From: an uncultured Methanosarcinaceae archaeon
Lineage (GTDB): Archaea; Halobacteriota; Methanosarcinia; Methanosarcinales; Methanosarcinaceae
Assembly: GCA_963721455.1 (NCBI GenBank)
Contig: CAVRJG010000033.1
Span: forward strand, 1 to 64,000
Direction of reading: 5' to 3'
Length of the DNA: 64,000 nucleotides
Positions 29,267 through 40,774 of the stretch are shown piece after piece. The translations under genes were made by a program, and so were the position numbers. Position 1 is the first letter of the stretch. Each line of letters begins with the position of its first letter. The notes beneath the pieces are model-generated. The model ran no database searches. It worked only from the letters and a program-made list of their open reading frames with translations, and was not told the DNA's origin.

Positions 29267-30436
29267 ATGACAGAGCCAGAATTCAGCATAAAAAAAGCCC
29301 TTGAAGAAGCAGGAACCGATGCTTATCTTATGACAGGGAATATTCATAATTCCGATATTTATTACGTGACCCGCTTCCTGGCGTCCGACGATTTCGTGTA
29401 CCTGCAAACAGGAGCAGAAGAAGAAATACTTTTTATTTCGGAGATGGAAAAAGGGAGAGCCGAAATCGAGTCAAGGGTTTCTACTATAAAGACGACTCAG
29501 GATTTGGGCTATCGGGAAAAGATCAAGGAGAAAAAAGACGCATCTATCGCCTATGCAGCCTGCATATCCGAGCTGCTCGCGGGAGAAGGGATAAAGAGAG
29601 TTGCAGTGCCTTACGATTTTCCGATATTTTACTCGAATTCCCTCAAAGAAGCAGGTTTATCCGTAGTGCCCATAAAAAGCCCGTTCAGTAAAATCAGGAG
29701 CTTGAAGAGGCCGGAAGAAATTGAGGCAATAAAGTATGCCCAGTCAGCTGGAGAAAAGGCTATGGAAACCGCAATAGCACTGATAGCAGGAGCCGAAGAA
29801 AGGGAAGGTATTCTCTATCATGAAGGACAGGTGCTGACAGGATCTAAAGTGCTCTCAGTTATCGACCATACCCTTCTTGATTACGGGTGCGAGGCAGAAG
29901 AGACTATCGTTTCATGCGGCAGGGATACGGCAAATCCCCATGGAACTACAGACGGCCCTCTAAAGACAAACGCACCAATTATCCTGGATATTTTCCCGAG
30001 AAGCAAGAAGAAACGTTATTTTGCGGATATGACGCGCACAGTCCTGCATGGAGAGGCTTCGGAAGAGCTCAAAAAGATGTACGGAACAGTACTTGCAGCC
30101 CAGGAAAAAGGGCTTGAAATGGTTAAGCCGGGAGTTCCGGCAGCCGATGTGCATAATGCGGTCTGTGATATATTCGAAGCGCGTGGCTATGACACCTACC
30201 GAAGCGGTGCGAAGGTCGGATTTATCCACTCCACGGGCCATGGGGTCGGACTGGACATACATGAGCTTCCGGGAGTCGGAGAAAACGGAGTTTTACTTGA
30301 GGCGGGCAACGTAATTACTATCGAGCCCGGCTTATACTACCCTGAAACCGGAGGAATACGGCTCGAAGATATGGTACTGGTTACTGAGAATGGATGTGAG
30401 AATCTTACAGGACTGGAAAAGAGATTTGTATTATAA
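29267..30436 (+). CDS. Xaa-Pro aminopeptidase (M24B)
   Basis: ADMTRT, HSTGHGVGLDIHE, TIEPGLY, GIRLED. Confidence 0.95.
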   Translation: MTEPEFSIKKALEEAGTDAYLMTGNIHNSDIYYVTRFLASDDFVYLQTGAEEEILFISEMEKGRAEIESRVSTIKTTQDLGYREKIKEKKDASIAYAACISELLAGEGIKRVAVPYDFPIFYSNSLKEAGLSVVPIKSPFSKIRSLKRPEEIEAIKYAQSAGEKAMETAIALIAGAEEREGILYHEGQVLTGSKVLSVIDHTLLDYGCEAEETIVSCGRDTANPHGTTDGPLKTNAPIILDIFPRSKKKRYFADMTRTVLHGEASEELKKMYGTVLAAQEKGLEMVKPGVPAADVHNAVCDIFEARGYDTYRSGAKVGFIHSTGHGVGLDIHELPGVGENGVLLEAGNVITIEPGLYYPETGGIRLEDMVLVTENGCENLTGLEKRFVL

Positions 30437-30602
30437 CAGATTTACAATTTAAAGAATCTGTTTGAATCTGTTTATATCTTATCTGACAATACCTAACCTG
30501 CTCAAATTGGAAATTAGCGGTTTACAGTCAGGAACACATACTCAGGAATTTATAATTTATCAATCCGGGCAGGAATCTATTATCATCCAATAAGGGGTTA
30601 AC

Positions 30603-31493
30603 ATGACCGATAATGTGCACAATAAACAAGAGATCCTTGAGAAATACAGGGAAGCAGGCAGGATCCTGAAAATTGTCAGGGCCGAAGCCGTGGAAATGAT
30701 CAGGATCGGAAACACTCTGCTGAAAGTTGCGGAATTTGTGGAAAATCGGACTATAGAGCTTGGAGGTAGGCCGGCTTTTCCCTGCAACATCTCAAGAAAC
30801 GAAGAGGCTGCGCATGCAACCCCAAAGATAGGAAGCACTGACGTTTTCGGGAGAGATATGGTTAAGCTGGACCTTGGAGTCCATGTGGACGGATACATTG
30901 CAGACGCGGCTGTGACTGTTGACCTTTCAGGAAATCCGGATATCTTAAAAGCAGCTGAAGAGGCTCTTGCCGCAGCCATTGATCTTGCAAGACCAGGGAT
31001 TATTACAGGAGAAATCGGAGCTGCAATCGAGGACAGTATTCGCAGTTACGGGTTGAATCCTATAATGAACCTGACAGGCCACGGGCTTTCCCAGTACTCG
31101 GCCCATGATGAACCTTCTGTCCCTAACCGGCACGTGGAAGGAGGAGTCGTTCTAAAGGAAGGAGATGTGCTTGCAATCGAGCCCTTCGCTACGGATGGAG
31201 CAGGCTTTGTCCATGACGGAAACTGGGCCGAGATATACAGCCTTATAAGGAAAAAACCGGTCCGCATGCCTGCAGTCCGAAACGTCCTGAAACAGGTAGA
31301 AGAATACAGGGAGTTGCCTTTTGCAAAGCGCTGGCTCGAGTCCGACAGGCTGGAGTTTGTATTAATCCAGCTTGAAAAGGCAGGAATTCTTCACCCTTAT
31401 CCCGTACTTCTTGAAAGTGCAGGTGGACTTGTAGCCCAGGCAGAGCACACTATAGTAATAACCCAGGACGGCTGCGAAGTCACAACAAAATAA
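30603..31493 (+). CDS. map: Type II methionine aminopeptidase
   Basis: AFPCNIS, DLGVHVDGYIAD, AIEPFAT, AQAEHT. Confidence 0.97.
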   Translation: MTDNVHNKQEILEKYREAGRILKIVRAEAVEMIRIGNTLLKVAEFVENRTIELGGRPAFPCNISRNEEAAHATPKIGSTDVFGRDMVKLDLGVHVDGYIADAAVTVDLSGNPDILKAAEEALAAAIDLARPGIITGEIGAAIEDSIRSYGLNPIMNLTGHGLSQYSAHDEPSVPNRHVEGGVVLKEGDVLAIEPFATDGAGFVHDGNWAEIYSLIRKKPVRMPAVRNVLKQVEEYRELPFAKRWLESDRLEFVLIQLEKAGILHPYPVLLESAGGLVAQAEHTIVITQDGCEVTTK

Positions 31494-31586
31494 AACCGGA
31501 AAAGAATAGAGAAAAAATAAAACCGGGAAATGAGAAGAGGAAGAATATAAAGTTGAAAAAAGGGTGAAAAATAAAAAAGAGATGAG

Positions 31587-32399
31587 TTGAGCGTCGTGAA
31601 ACTGTATAATCTTCTTTTAACATATTTTGTGTTAATAACTCTTCTTATGCCTGCCCTTCTTGCAGAACCCTGTACTGCTGCCTTCATCTCCGGCAATAAC
31701 ATCACACTGGAAAGGGACGGAATGACCTGGAAATATGAAGAACAAATTACAGGCAATGAAGCCGTTACTTTCAGGGATTTCATAGACCTGCAAGCAGGCA
31801 ATAATGACAACTTTGTCAATGCCTGGGAAATCCTGAAAGCGGAGACGGTTCTCAGGGGCAGAATGAAAGAAACTATAGAAACAAAACCTGACGTAAGGCT
31901 TAATGATACTTTAGAAGCTGTTAAAGTCACGGATGTTGATTTCTGGCTCTCGAAAGAAGCTCTCGGCAAGACCGAAAAAAGTTCGGCAATTACAAACCAT
32001 GCCACTGTAACCTACGGTTTTGAGAAAGAAGCAGGCAAAGGAACCGGAATCTTGCTCGTGGGCACTCCGAACTCGAATATTACAATAAGATTGCCTCAGG
32101 GCTTTGATGCAGAGAGAATAGAAGGGCTGAATGGAAAAAATCCGGGATTTGAAAGCAACCTTGCCGTGCTCAAAGGCAGCTTCGACTCCAGCGGAAATAT
32201 AACTCTCTGGCTTTCGGAGAACGAGAGTTCCGGGGGAGAATTGCAGGGAATAACAGAAAATACTGAGAAGGCTGTGGAAAACGAGAGCAGAGAAGCAGGA
32301 AACCAAACCGTAGCTGCTGAAGATATAGCAGAAGCCCGGGAATCCTCAGGATTTTTCAAAAATGTCTTTACACAGCTTCACCTGAGTCCAAAAAGTTAA
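31587..32399 (+). CDS. Secreted hypothetical protein
   Basis: N-terminal hydrophobic signal. Confidence 0.8.
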   Translation: MSVVKLYNLLLTYFVLITLLMPALLAEPCTAAFISGNNITLERDGMTWKYEEQITGNEAVTFRDFIDLQAGNNDNFVNAWEILKAETVLRGRMKETIETKPDVRLNDTLEAVKVTDVDFWLSKEALGKTEKSSAITNHATVTYGFEKEAGKGTGILLVGTPNSNITIRLPQGFDAERIEGLNGKNPGFESNLAVLKGSFDSSGNITLWLSENESSGGELQGITENTEKAVENESREAGNQTVAAEDIAEARESSGFFKNVFTQLHLSPKS

Positions 32400-32426
32400 T
32401 CTGGCTTGAAGCTTATTCTGAAAAAC

Positions 32427-32714
32427 ATGCTCATTGAACAAATTCGGCTTGAAAGCGGATGCGCCCTTGGCCTCCGTTTTGAGATGCAAAAATACCCTCT
32501 TCTGGTTATAAGGGCCGAAAAAGGGTTCCTGATGTGCGGATATCTGAATGTAAATGCTGCAGAGACGCTCGAGGATACGGCAGCAAAGGTAAAAGGCGTA
32601 CAAAGCTTTGAAGATATGCTCAAAGCCCAGGTCGTCGAAGTAACTCAGTTAGCCAGGGAACTCGGGATTGAGCCCGGAATGACTGGCAGGGAAGCCCTTG
32701 AAAAAATGTTTTAA
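32427..32714 (+). CDS. YunC/DUF1805 family protein
   Basis: KGFLMCGYL, GMTGREAL. Confidence 0.9.
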   Translation: MLIEQIRLESGCALGLRFEMQKYPLLVIRAEKGFLMCGYLNVNAAETLEDTAAKVKGVQSFEDMLKAQVVEVTQLARELGIEPGMTGREALEKMF

Positions 32715-32916
32715 GAAAAAATTGCTTTTAACTAGAAGAATTGCTTTTAATTGATACTTATTCAGGCAATTTCTTCCGGATTTGCCGACTTCACTTTTTG
32801 AGAAATTCCATTTAAGGGTTATCCTCGCATCAGCACAATAAATTTGAGATTATTTCCGAATTACACGCTACGAATATTATTTCGAACTATAATTATCAAC
32901 TTATTCCGGATCACCA

Positions 32917-33978
32917 ATGTTATACGCTTTTGAACTCTCTGGAGAACATGAAGAACTGCCATCTGCCGAAGTCTTTGCCTGCCTCAAAATAGAGGGGCTT
33001 GATTACCGTCCCCATACCAGGACTGACCAGTGCCTCGTAGTGGATATAGCAGGCAAAGAAAAGGATGTTGAAAGAACACTTAGAGGCCCGATAACCGAAA
33101 GGCTGGCAATGACCCACCATATCCTCAAAGTTGTAGGGATTACCGAAAATACCCAGGACTCGGTCCTGAAACTTGCAGAGGCATTTGAGCCCTCTAGCTA
33201 TATCAGGGAAGGACAAAGTTTTGTGGTCAGGGCAAAACGGATTAGACATCATGTGGACTTTCCGGGCGAGTTTCTGGAACAGAAAATCGGAGGCTGCATC
33301 TACAGGAAGGGCTTTCGGGCAAACCTGAAAAACCCCGATGTGGAATTCAGGGTGATCCTGAGTGAAAAAGCTGTATTCGGAACCCTCCTGTCTTCTATCG
33401 ACAGAAGCGCATACGAATCCAGAACTCCCCAGAACAAACCTTTTTTCCATCCTGGAGTCCTCATGCCCAGGGTCGCACGCGCCCTTGCAAACCTGTCGGG
33501 AATAAAGCCGGGTGAACTCATTCTGGACCCCTTCTGCGGCACTGCAGGGATTCTTGTTGAAGCCGGGCTTGTGGGAGCAAGGGTTATAGGAGTCGATGCC
33601 CAGGAAAAACTTGTTGTGGGTGCCCGTATGAATCTTGAAGCCTTTAAGCTGGACTATGCTCTGATGGAAGGGGATGCCTGCAGGATTCCGTTTAAGGAAG
33701 CAACAATAAATGCAGTCGTTACTGACCCACCATACGGCAGGTCAGCAGCAATTATCGCCGAGTCCCTTGAAGAACTTTATTCCTGCGCCCTTGAAGAGAT
33801 CCACCGTGTCCTGAAGCCCGGGGGTATAGCAGTTGTAGTCTCGGACAAGGCAGCATTGGAATACGGAGAAAAAGCAGGGCTTAAGGTTCTTGAGGTTTAT
33901 GTCCAGAGAGTGCATAGAAGCCTTACCCGAACAATAACTATTTTTCAGAAAGAAGCGGGAAATGAAAATAAGAATTGA
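32917..33978 (+). CDS. THUMP-domain tRNA (guanine10-N2) methyltransferase, Trm11-like
   Basis: FELSGEH, LDPFCGTAG, TDPPYG, VHRSLTR. Confidence 0.92.
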   Translation: MLYAFELSGEHEELPSAEVFACLKIEGLDYRPHTRTDQCLVVDIAGKEKDVERTLRGPITERLAMTHHILKVVGITENTQDSVLKLAEAFEPSSYIREGQSFVVRAKRIRHHVDFPGEFLEQKIGGCIYRKGFRANLKNPDVEFRVILSEKAVFGTLLSSIDRSAYESRTPQNKPFFHPGVLMPRVARALANLSGIKPGELILDPFCGTAGILVEAGLVGARVIGVDAQEKLVVGARMNLEAFKLDYALMEGDACRIPFKEATINAVVTDPPYGRSAAIIAESLEELYSCALEEIHRVLKPGGIAVVVSDKAALEYGEKAGLKVLEVYVQRVHRSLTRTITIFQKEAGNENKN

Positions 33979-34028
33979 AAATAAAAAATGAGATATGGAA
34001 TATAAAAAGTGCCCTTTAAGGGCATTTT

Positions 34029-34841
34029 TTACTCATGAGAAATCAGTTCTTCAAGTACTTCTGCCATAACCCTGTGCCTCAGGATGCGTTTCTGGTTCTG
34101 CTCACCTGCTCTCCTTATGGAATAATTGTCATCGATCCATCCTATAAAATCCTCTTTGTAATTCACTTTCATAAGGGTCAACCCATAGGCAGGAGCAGGT
34201 TCGATTCCTTCTTCATATATATCGGGATTTAGCATCTGAAGCAGCCAGTCATTATCACGTACTCCTTTTCCGATCATGGAAAGTGCGGTCACTATTTTTC
34301 GGACCATATTCCAGAGGAAACTATGTCCAACAACATCGATTTTGGTAAGCTCTCCGTCTACGCGGGCATTTATCATTTCCAGGGTGCGAATCGTACTCTT
34401 TTCTCCATTGGTTCTTGAAAAGTTTTCAAAATCATGGGTCCCGATCAGCAATTTTGAAGCTTCCCGGATCCTGGAGATATTGTACTCTTCCCCGCTCATC
34501 ACATAGCGGTAGTGTCTGGAAACCGCATCTCTCCGAGCGTCAAAGTCGAGGGGCACTTCCGCATGGGCCCATGCCCAGATTGTTGGGGGAAGTTCGGAGT
34601 TTATGACCCTTGGAATTGCCAGGTTCGGTTTGTCCGTGTCAAAAGCGACAACCTGCTCAAGGGCGTGGACCCCAGCGTCGGTCCTGCCAGCACAGGTATA
34701 ATTAGCAGACTTGGGGCTTTCTATGATCCCGAGATTCCGAAGAGCCTTGAAGAGTTCTCCCTCCACGGTCTCGACATTGGGCTGGATCTGGGAGCCGTGA
34801 AACTCGGTGCCTATGTATGCAAGCTTTAAAGCGACTCTCAT
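34029..34841 (-). CDS. truA: tRNA pseudouridine(38-40) synthase
   Basis: AGRTDAGVHA, SFLWNMVR. Confidence 0.97.
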   Translation of the reverse strand: MRVALKLAYIGTEFHGSQIQPNVETVEGELFKALRNLGIIESPKSANYTCAGRTDAGVHALEQVVAFDTDKPNLAIPRVINSELPPTIWAWAHAEVPLDFDARRDAVSRHYRYVMSGEEYNISRIREASKLLIGTHDFENFSRTNGEKSTIRTLEMINARVDGELTKIDVVGHSFLWNMVRKIVTALSMIGKGVRDNDWLLQMLNPDIYEEGIEPAPAYGLTLMKVNYKEDFIGWIDDNYSIRRAGEQNQKRILRHRVMAEVLEELISHE

Positions 34842-34853
34842 ACCAATCTCCGA

Positions 34854-35771
34854 TTATTTGGCTTTTTTCTTATAATAGACTTCTCTTACAATCATCAGAA
34901 ATACTATAAAAATACACCCGAAAAGAAACCAGACTCCAGGGTGAAGAGAAAGAGTATCATAAAGCCCGTGAATCCCGCCTACGTGAGCGAGCCCTTCAGA
35001 CGGGACAGGAGGAAGCCCATGAGCGGAATCTAGACCGTCTGGAACGGACATGGGAACTTCAGGAGCTCCCTGAGCCGGGCCGGCTTCCAATCCAGAAGAG
35101 ACATTCCCTGTTCCGGCTTTCAAAGCCTCAGAACTTGCATTCAGGGCTCCTTCTGGCATCTGCTGGTCGAGAGCTAACTTCGGGCTCATATTGTTGCTCT
35201 CGTTGACTCCCGTAACCATTGCTTCGGGGAAAGCCTCATTTGCTGCCTCCGGTATCCCCATTCTCAAAGGAACAGTTGCATCAACGATTCTTTTTGCCTG
35301 CATATAGGCTGAAAAGTATTCTATCCCTGCAGCTGCAAAAAAGGCAGCTCCGATTACCCCGATATATTTCTGCAACAGACTTATGATAGAGAGCTTGTCC
35401 ATAGAGTTCCTCGAAGGAACAAGGACAATCAGCTTTTCCACTGACTCGTAGATTTTTATCTGCCGCCCTTTCTGGCTCCATTTAATTTGTTTGACTTTTA
35501 TAAGATCGGATTCGAACAGAGAATCAAGATTATACTTGACAGTGGTGAGGGGGATATTCAGCTCCTCTGCAATATTGGTTGCAGACATGCTTTTTTTCCC
35601 TAGCAGTTCAAGGATCTTCAATGATGTTTCATTGGAAAGAATCTGCGTTATTTTTCTGGATTCCCCATTTACCGGGAGAAAAAGCACCCTGCTGCCCGGC
35701 TCCATACGTTCAGGCGCCTGCGGAGGCTCGTCGGGTTCCGATAAACCGTCTCGATCTTCAAGCCCGTCCAT
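34854..35771 (-). CDS. Membrane-anchored ArsR-type HTH regulator
   Basis: N-terminal wHTH, two TM segments. Confidence 0.85.
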   Translation of the reverse strand: MDGLEDRDGLSEPDEPPQAPERMEPGSRVLFLPVNGESRKITQILSNETSLKILELLGKKSMSATNIAEELNIPLTTVKYNLDSLFESDLIKVKQIKWSQKGRQIKIYESVEKLIVLVPSRNSMDKLSIISLLQKYIGVIGAAFFAAAGIEYFSAYMQAKRIVDATVPLRMGIPEAANEAFPEAMVTGVNESNNMSPKLALDQQMPEGALNASSEALKAGTGNVSSGLEAGPAQGAPEVPMSVPDGLDSAHGLPPVPSEGLAHVGGIHGLYDTLSLHPGVWFLFGCIFIVFLMIVREVYYKKKAK

Positions 35772-35961
35772 GCTTATTTCCTGGGTTAAAAACCTGCCTA
35801 TTGTTATTCAGTCTGTACTTTAGTTTACACTGATCTGAATATAAAGTTTTATTTTTTGTGGGTAAATATACATCCACTACTATATTTATATATAGAATCC
35901 AGACCTTAACCTTAAATATAACATTGTATATTCTAATCTAAATTTTCCGCTGGTACCAATC

Positions 35962-37032
35962 ATGATAACAAAACAGCAGGTTCTTGAATTTCTGAAAAAT
36001 TACGATTTAGAAAACATTACAATTGCAACAGTCTGCTCTCACTCAAGCCTTCAAATATTTGATGGAGCTAGAAAAGAAGGCTTCAGAACTCTGGGAATCT
36101 GCGTTGGTAAACCTCCGAAATTTTATGAAGCATTTCCCAAGGCAAAGCCAGATGAGTACCTTGTCGTTGAAAGTTATGAAGACATAATGAATAAGGCTGA
36201 GGAACTTAGAAAGAAAAACACTATCATCATTCCACACGGTTCATTTGTTGCTTACCTGGGGACGGAAAATTTTGCAAAGATGGCTGTGCCTACATTCGGG
36301 AACCGGGCTGTACTTGAATGGGAATCGGACAGGGATAAAGAAAGGGAGTGGTTGCTCGGAGCAGGCATCCACATGCCCGGAAAAATCGATGACCCTCACG
36401 ATATCAATGGGCCTGTAATGGTTAAGTATGATGGAGCAAAGGGAGGAAAAGGTTTCTTCGTTGCGAAAACCTTTGAAGAATTCGATGAGCTCTTAGACCA
36501 TACCCAGAAGTACACAATTCAGGAATTTATTACCGGAACCCGTTATTACCTTCACTACTTCTACTCTCCGATCAGAAATGAGGGATATACTTTAAGCGAG
36601 GGCAGCCTTGAGCTTCTTAGCATGGACCGCAGGGTAGAGTCCAATGCCGATGAAATCTTCAGGCTGGGCTCACCCAGAGAACTTATAGAAGCAGGTATCC
36701 GTCCTACATATGTTGTCACAGGAAACGTACCCCTTGTAGCAAGAGAATCCCTGCTGCCGCTTATATTTTCTCTGGGAGAACGGGTAGTTGAAGAGTCTCT
36801 GGGCCTTTTTGGCGGGATGATAGGAGCTTTCTGCCTTGAAACTGTTTTCACGGATTCGCTTGAGATTAAGGTATTTGAGATTTCGGCAAGGATTGTCGCA
36901 GGGACAAACCTTTACATCTCAGGTTCCCCTTACGCAGACCTGATGCAGGAAAACCTCTCCACCGGGCGGAGAATGGCCCAGGAAATCAAAATAGCAGCTC
37001 AGACAAACCAGCTGGATAAAATAATATCCTGA
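35962..37032 (+). CDS. purP: FAICAR synthetase (ATP-grasp, PurP family)
   Basis: SHSSLQIFDGARKEGF, IPHGSF, FEISARIVAGTN. Confidence 0.93.
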   Translation: MITKQQVLEFLKNYDLENITIATVCSHSSLQIFDGARKEGFRTLGICVGKPPKFYEAFPKAKPDEYLVVESYEDIMNKAEELRKKNTIIIPHGSFVAYLGTENFAKMAVPTFGNRAVLEWESDRDKEREWLLGAGIHMPGKIDDPHDINGPVMVKYDGAKGGKGFFVAKTFEEFDELLDHTQKYTIQEFITGTRYYLHYFYSPIRNEGYTLSEGSLELLSMDRRVESNADEIFRLGSPRELIEAGIRPTYVVTGNVPLVARESLLPLIFSLGERVVEESLGLFGGMIGAFCLETVFTDSLEIKVFEISARIVAGTNLYISGSPYADLMQENLSTGRRMAQEIKIAAQTNQLDKIIS

Positions 37033-37278
37033 GAAGACAATGCCATAAAACTGTCTGGGATATAAAACAGTCCGAAACTTTCAGAAATCTACTTTTTGTG
37101 GGTTGAGCGAATCTCTTAACCCCAAACTTTCAGATCTTTTTTTACAAACATAAATGCTTAATTTCACTTTGGAGATATCTCTGGACTTGCTCAACCCTGA
37201 AAAATTCATAAGTCCGGACTTTTATTCAGTGGGAAATGAGTAAATTATTTTAAATAGTTTTCAGTCCGATATTATCAG

Positions 37279-38616
37279 ATGCCAAAAGTAGAAAATAAAG
37301 AGTCAAGGCCTATTTTTGGAGGAAAAGTTACCGGGGCATTGCGTGTGCTTGGAAACGAAGAAAACCCCGGAGAAGGGCTTCTGTCCATTGGAAATTACAT
37401 GGCACTTGACCATTCCCGGGGAGCTGCCGTTTATCTTGATGCCCTGAAGCCTCATGCCATTTTGATCTGCGGAAAAAGAGGATACGGAAAATCCTATACT
37501 ATGGGCTGCATGCTGGAGGAACTTGCCCTTCTGGAACCGGCTATTAAGAAAAGGCTTGCGTCCCTTATCATTGACACTATGGGGATTTTCTGGACAATGA
37601 GCCACCCAAATACTTTTGAAATGCAGAGGTTAAAAAGCTGGGATCTCGTCCCAGCCGGGCTCGAAACTGAAATTTTCGTGCCAGCGGGCAACGTTGAGGT
37701 TTACAGGAAACGAAACATCGATGTAAAGCCTTTTTCCATCTCAATCAGGGAACTTTCAGGAAGTCAGTGGTGCAGGATCTTCAATATCGAAGAGGTTTCC
37801 CCTCTTGGGATTCTGCTGGTAAGGGCAATTGAATCCCTCAGGGATAGAGGATACGCATATTCTTTTGAGGAAATTATCGGTGAGGTGCTTAAGGACACTC
37901 GCGCTGACCCGGCTTCAAAAGGGGCTGCTGAGAATTACTTCAGGGCAGTGAATTCCTGGGGCCTTTTTTCAAAAGAAGGTACATCCCTGTCAGAACTCGT
38001 GTCCGGAGGTAAAACAACGGTCCTTGACGTGAGTACTCTTGAAAATGAAAATGTATGCGCTGCAGCAGTATCAATCCTTGCAGGCAGGCTTTACGAAGCC
38101 AGGCTTGAAGCCAGAAGAGCCTATGAAAAGAAGCTTATGGGAGAAAAAGCCGGTGAGGAAGGATTTCCCATGGTCTGGTTCTTTATAGACGAGGCTCATA
38201 TTTTCGTACCCGCGAGGGCCGAAAGCCTTGCTTCCGGAGTGCTTATTAACCGCTGCCTCAGGCAGGGCAGGCAGCCTGGTCTCTCTCTGATCCTGGCAAC
38301 CCAGAGACCTGCAAGCCTGCATCCTGATGTTGTTTCCCAGAGCGATCTTCTTATCTGCCACCGTCTTACAGCAAGTGATGATATCCAGGCTCTGGAAACT
38401 TCCCGACCCCTTTATATGCAGGAAAGCCTCCAGGCGTACCTGAAGAAGATGGGGAGCGAAAGAGGAGCTGCGCTGATAGTGGATGACCATTCCGAGTCAG
38501 TCCATCTTGTGCGCATCCGCCCGAGGATAAGCTGGCACGGGGGAGGAGAACCGAGCGCTCTTGAACCTCATGCAGAAGAAAGAAGCGAAAAAACAGCACA
38601 TCAACTGCCGGAGTAA
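37279..38616 (+). CDS. HerA/DUF87-like P-loop ATPase
   Basis: GKRGYGKS, FIDEAH, LATQRP. Confidence 0.9.
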   Translation: MPKVENKESRPIFGGKVTGALRVLGNEENPGEGLLSIGNYMALDHSRGAAVYLDALKPHAILICGKRGYGKSYTMGCMLEELALLEPAIKKRLASLIIDTMGIFWTMSHPNTFEMQRLKSWDLVPAGLETEIFVPAGNVEVYRKRNIDVKPFSISIRELSGSQWCRIFNIEEVSPLGILLVRAIESLRDRGYAYSFEEIIGEVLKDTRADPASKGAAENYFRAVNSWGLFSKEGTSLSELVSGGKTTVLDVSTLENENVCAAAVSILAGRLYEARLEARRAYEKKLMGEKAGEEGFPMVWFFIDEAHIFVPARAESLASGVLINRCLRQGRQPGLSLILATQRPASLHPDVVSQSDLLICHRLTASDDIQALETSRPLYMQESLQAYLKKMGSERGAALIVDDHSESVHLVRIRPRISWHGGGEPSALEPHAEERSEKTAHQLPE

Positions 38617-38803
38617 CTTATTTTTTAAATTTCCTCGGCAGATTTAAGATTAAAAAAGCTGGAATTGTTAACCAATTTTTATAGCCTGCCAGAAAATAAT
38701 TTAAATATTACCTGTGATACTTCAACCCTGTGAATGCAGCTGAGTTACAGGCTGTAAGTATTCTAATAATAGCATTTAATTGCAGCAAACCACTGGTGAT
38801 GTT

Positions 38804-39292
38804 ATGAAAGGAAAAGCCTGGAAATTCGGAGATGACGTGGATACGGATGCAGTAATTCCCGGAAGGTACCTGATTTACAATACCCCTGAGGAGCTTGCAA
38901 AGTACACGTTTGAAGGCGTGCGCCCTGAATTTGCAAAAAACGTTCACGAAAATGATATCGTGGTCGCTGGAAGCAATTTTGGCTGCGGTTCCTCGCGCGA
39001 ACATGCGCCCCTTGCCCTGAAAGGGTCAAAAGTGGCCTGTGTAATTGCAAAGTCTTTTGCAAGGATTTTTTTCAGGAACGCAATAAATATTGGAGTCCCT
39101 GTCCTGGAATGTCCGGACACTGACAGGATCGATGACGGAAACGAGCTTGAAGTAGACCTTGCGACAGGAGTTATCGAAAATAAAACAAAAGGTGAGACCT
39201 ACCAGGCAACCCCCCTCCCTGATTTCGTGCGTGAGATCGTGGATGAGGGAGGGCTTATTGAATATGCCAGAAAAATGGTCTCTGAGCGCTGA
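38804..39292 (+). CDS. leuD: Isopropylmalate/homoaconitate dehydratase small subunit
   Basis: [27 protein letters not shown]. Confidence 0.9.
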   Translation: MKGKAWKFGDDVDTDAVIPGRYLIYNTPEELAKYTFEGVRPEFAKNVHENDIVVAGSNFGCGSSREHAPLALKGSKVACVIAKSFARIFFRNAINIGVPVLECPDTDRIDDGNELEVDLATGVIENKTKGETYQATPLPDFVREIVDEGGLIEYARKMVSER

Positions 39293-39387
39293 AAAACAGA
39301 AAATCTGTCCGTAGACAGACCTGTCCGCGTTTGACATCTCACAATAAAAAAGGCAATTTTGCCTGTAAATTCGAAAGGAGTATAAAC

Positions 39388-40515
39388 ATGACGCAGTATA
39401 AGATTCCGGTCCTCCCGGGTGACGGGATAGGCCCAGAAATCATAGCCGAAGGTAGAAAGGTCATAGACGCAGTCGGCGAAAGATTTGGTTTTGATGTAGA
39501 ATGGATTGAATACCCGCATGGAGCAGATCATTACCTTGAGACGGGAGAATTGATTTCGGAAGAGGCCTTAAAGGAATTATCCGGCTACCCTGCCATTTAC
39601 CTTGGCTCCATCGGAGACCCCAGGATTGCCCCGGGCATCCTTGAGAAGGGAATCTTATTAACTGCGCGCTTTTACTTTGACCAGTACGTCAACCTTCGCC
39701 CGATAAAACTCCTGGACGGAGTCTGGACCCCGCTCAAAGACAAAACCTCAAAGGATATCGATTTCGTGGTCGTCAGGGAAAACACCGAGGACTTCTATGT
39801 AGGGATCGGCGGCAGGGCAAAAAAAGGAGAGAGCAAAGATCTTCTTGAAGTCAAAAGAACGCTCTACTCCGCGAAATTCGGGCTTGATATCGAGACCGAC
39901 AGCGAAGAAATAGGGTACCAGATAGGCCTGATTTCAAAGGAAGGCACAAAAAGGGTCATCGAGTACGCTTTTGACCTTGCGGAAAACCGGAAAAAGCATG
40001 TCTCCTCTGTGGACAAGGCAAACGTCCTTTCCGACATCTACGGCTTATGGAGAGAAGAGTTCAGCGCAGTTTCTGCAAAACACCCGGGCGTTACCAGGGA
40101 CTTCAACTTCGTTGATGCCATTACCATGTGGTTTGTGAAAAACCCCGAGTGGTTCGATGTGGTCGTAACCCCAAACATGTTCGGAGACATCATCACCGAC
40201 CTCGGAGCCATGATCCAGGGCGGCCTCGGCCTTGCCCCAGGCGGAAACATCAACCCTAAAGGCACAAGCATGTTTGAGCCTATCCACGGTTCAGCCCCAA
40301 AATACAAGGGCTTAAACAAAGTCAACCCGATTGCCACAATCTGGGCAGGTGCAATGCTCATAGAACAGCTCGGAGAAAAGGAAGCAGCGGACACCATAGT
40401 CAGTGCAATCCAGAAAAATATCCTGGACAGCAACGTCAAAACCTATGACATGGGCGGCAGGAGCAGCACCTCTGACGTTGGGGACGACATTACAAGGATA
40501 ATAAAGGGAAAATAA
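39388..40515 (+). CDS. leuB: Isocitrate/isopropylmalate dehydrogenase family protein
   Basis: [28 protein letters not shown]. Confidence 0.85.
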   Translation: MTQYKIPVLPGDGIGPEIIAEGRKVIDAVGERFGFDVEWIEYPHGADHYLETGELISEEALKELSGYPAIYLGSIGDPRIAPGILEKGILLTARFYFDQYVNLRPIKLLDGVWTPLKDKTSKDIDFVVVRENTEDFYVGIGGRAKKGESKDLLEVKRTLYSAKFGLDIETDSEEIGYQIGLISKEGTKRVIEYAFDLAENRKKHVSSVDKANVLSDIYGLWREEFSAVSAKHPGVTRDFNFVDAITMWFVKNPEWFDVVVTPNMFGDIITDLGAMIQGGLGLAPGGNINPKGTSMFEPIHGSAPKYKGLNKVNPIATIWAGAMLIEQLGEKEAADTIVSAIQKNILDSNVKTYDMGGRSSTSDVGDDITRIIKGK

Positions 40516-40774
40516 TCCAGAACTCCCTTTATTACATTTTCTTTTCTAATTAAGATAGAATTGCCGAAATTTTCGGCTCCCTTTATTGGAATTCAGAATT
40601 ATTTGTGATCAAATTTTTTTAAATTGAGAATTCAGGTTTCGAGCCGCGAGATCGACACCGAAAGTACGAAAACACTGCACAGTATGTTCGAAGGTGACCT
40701 GCCGACTTTCAGTCCGTTTTATGTAGATATAAGAGATATGATTCCGTGAAGGCGATATACAAGGGGCTTTACAG

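Noticed and set aside
37279-38616. HerA-based defence system
   Set aside because: No nuclease or sirtuin partner; it lies among housekeeping genes.
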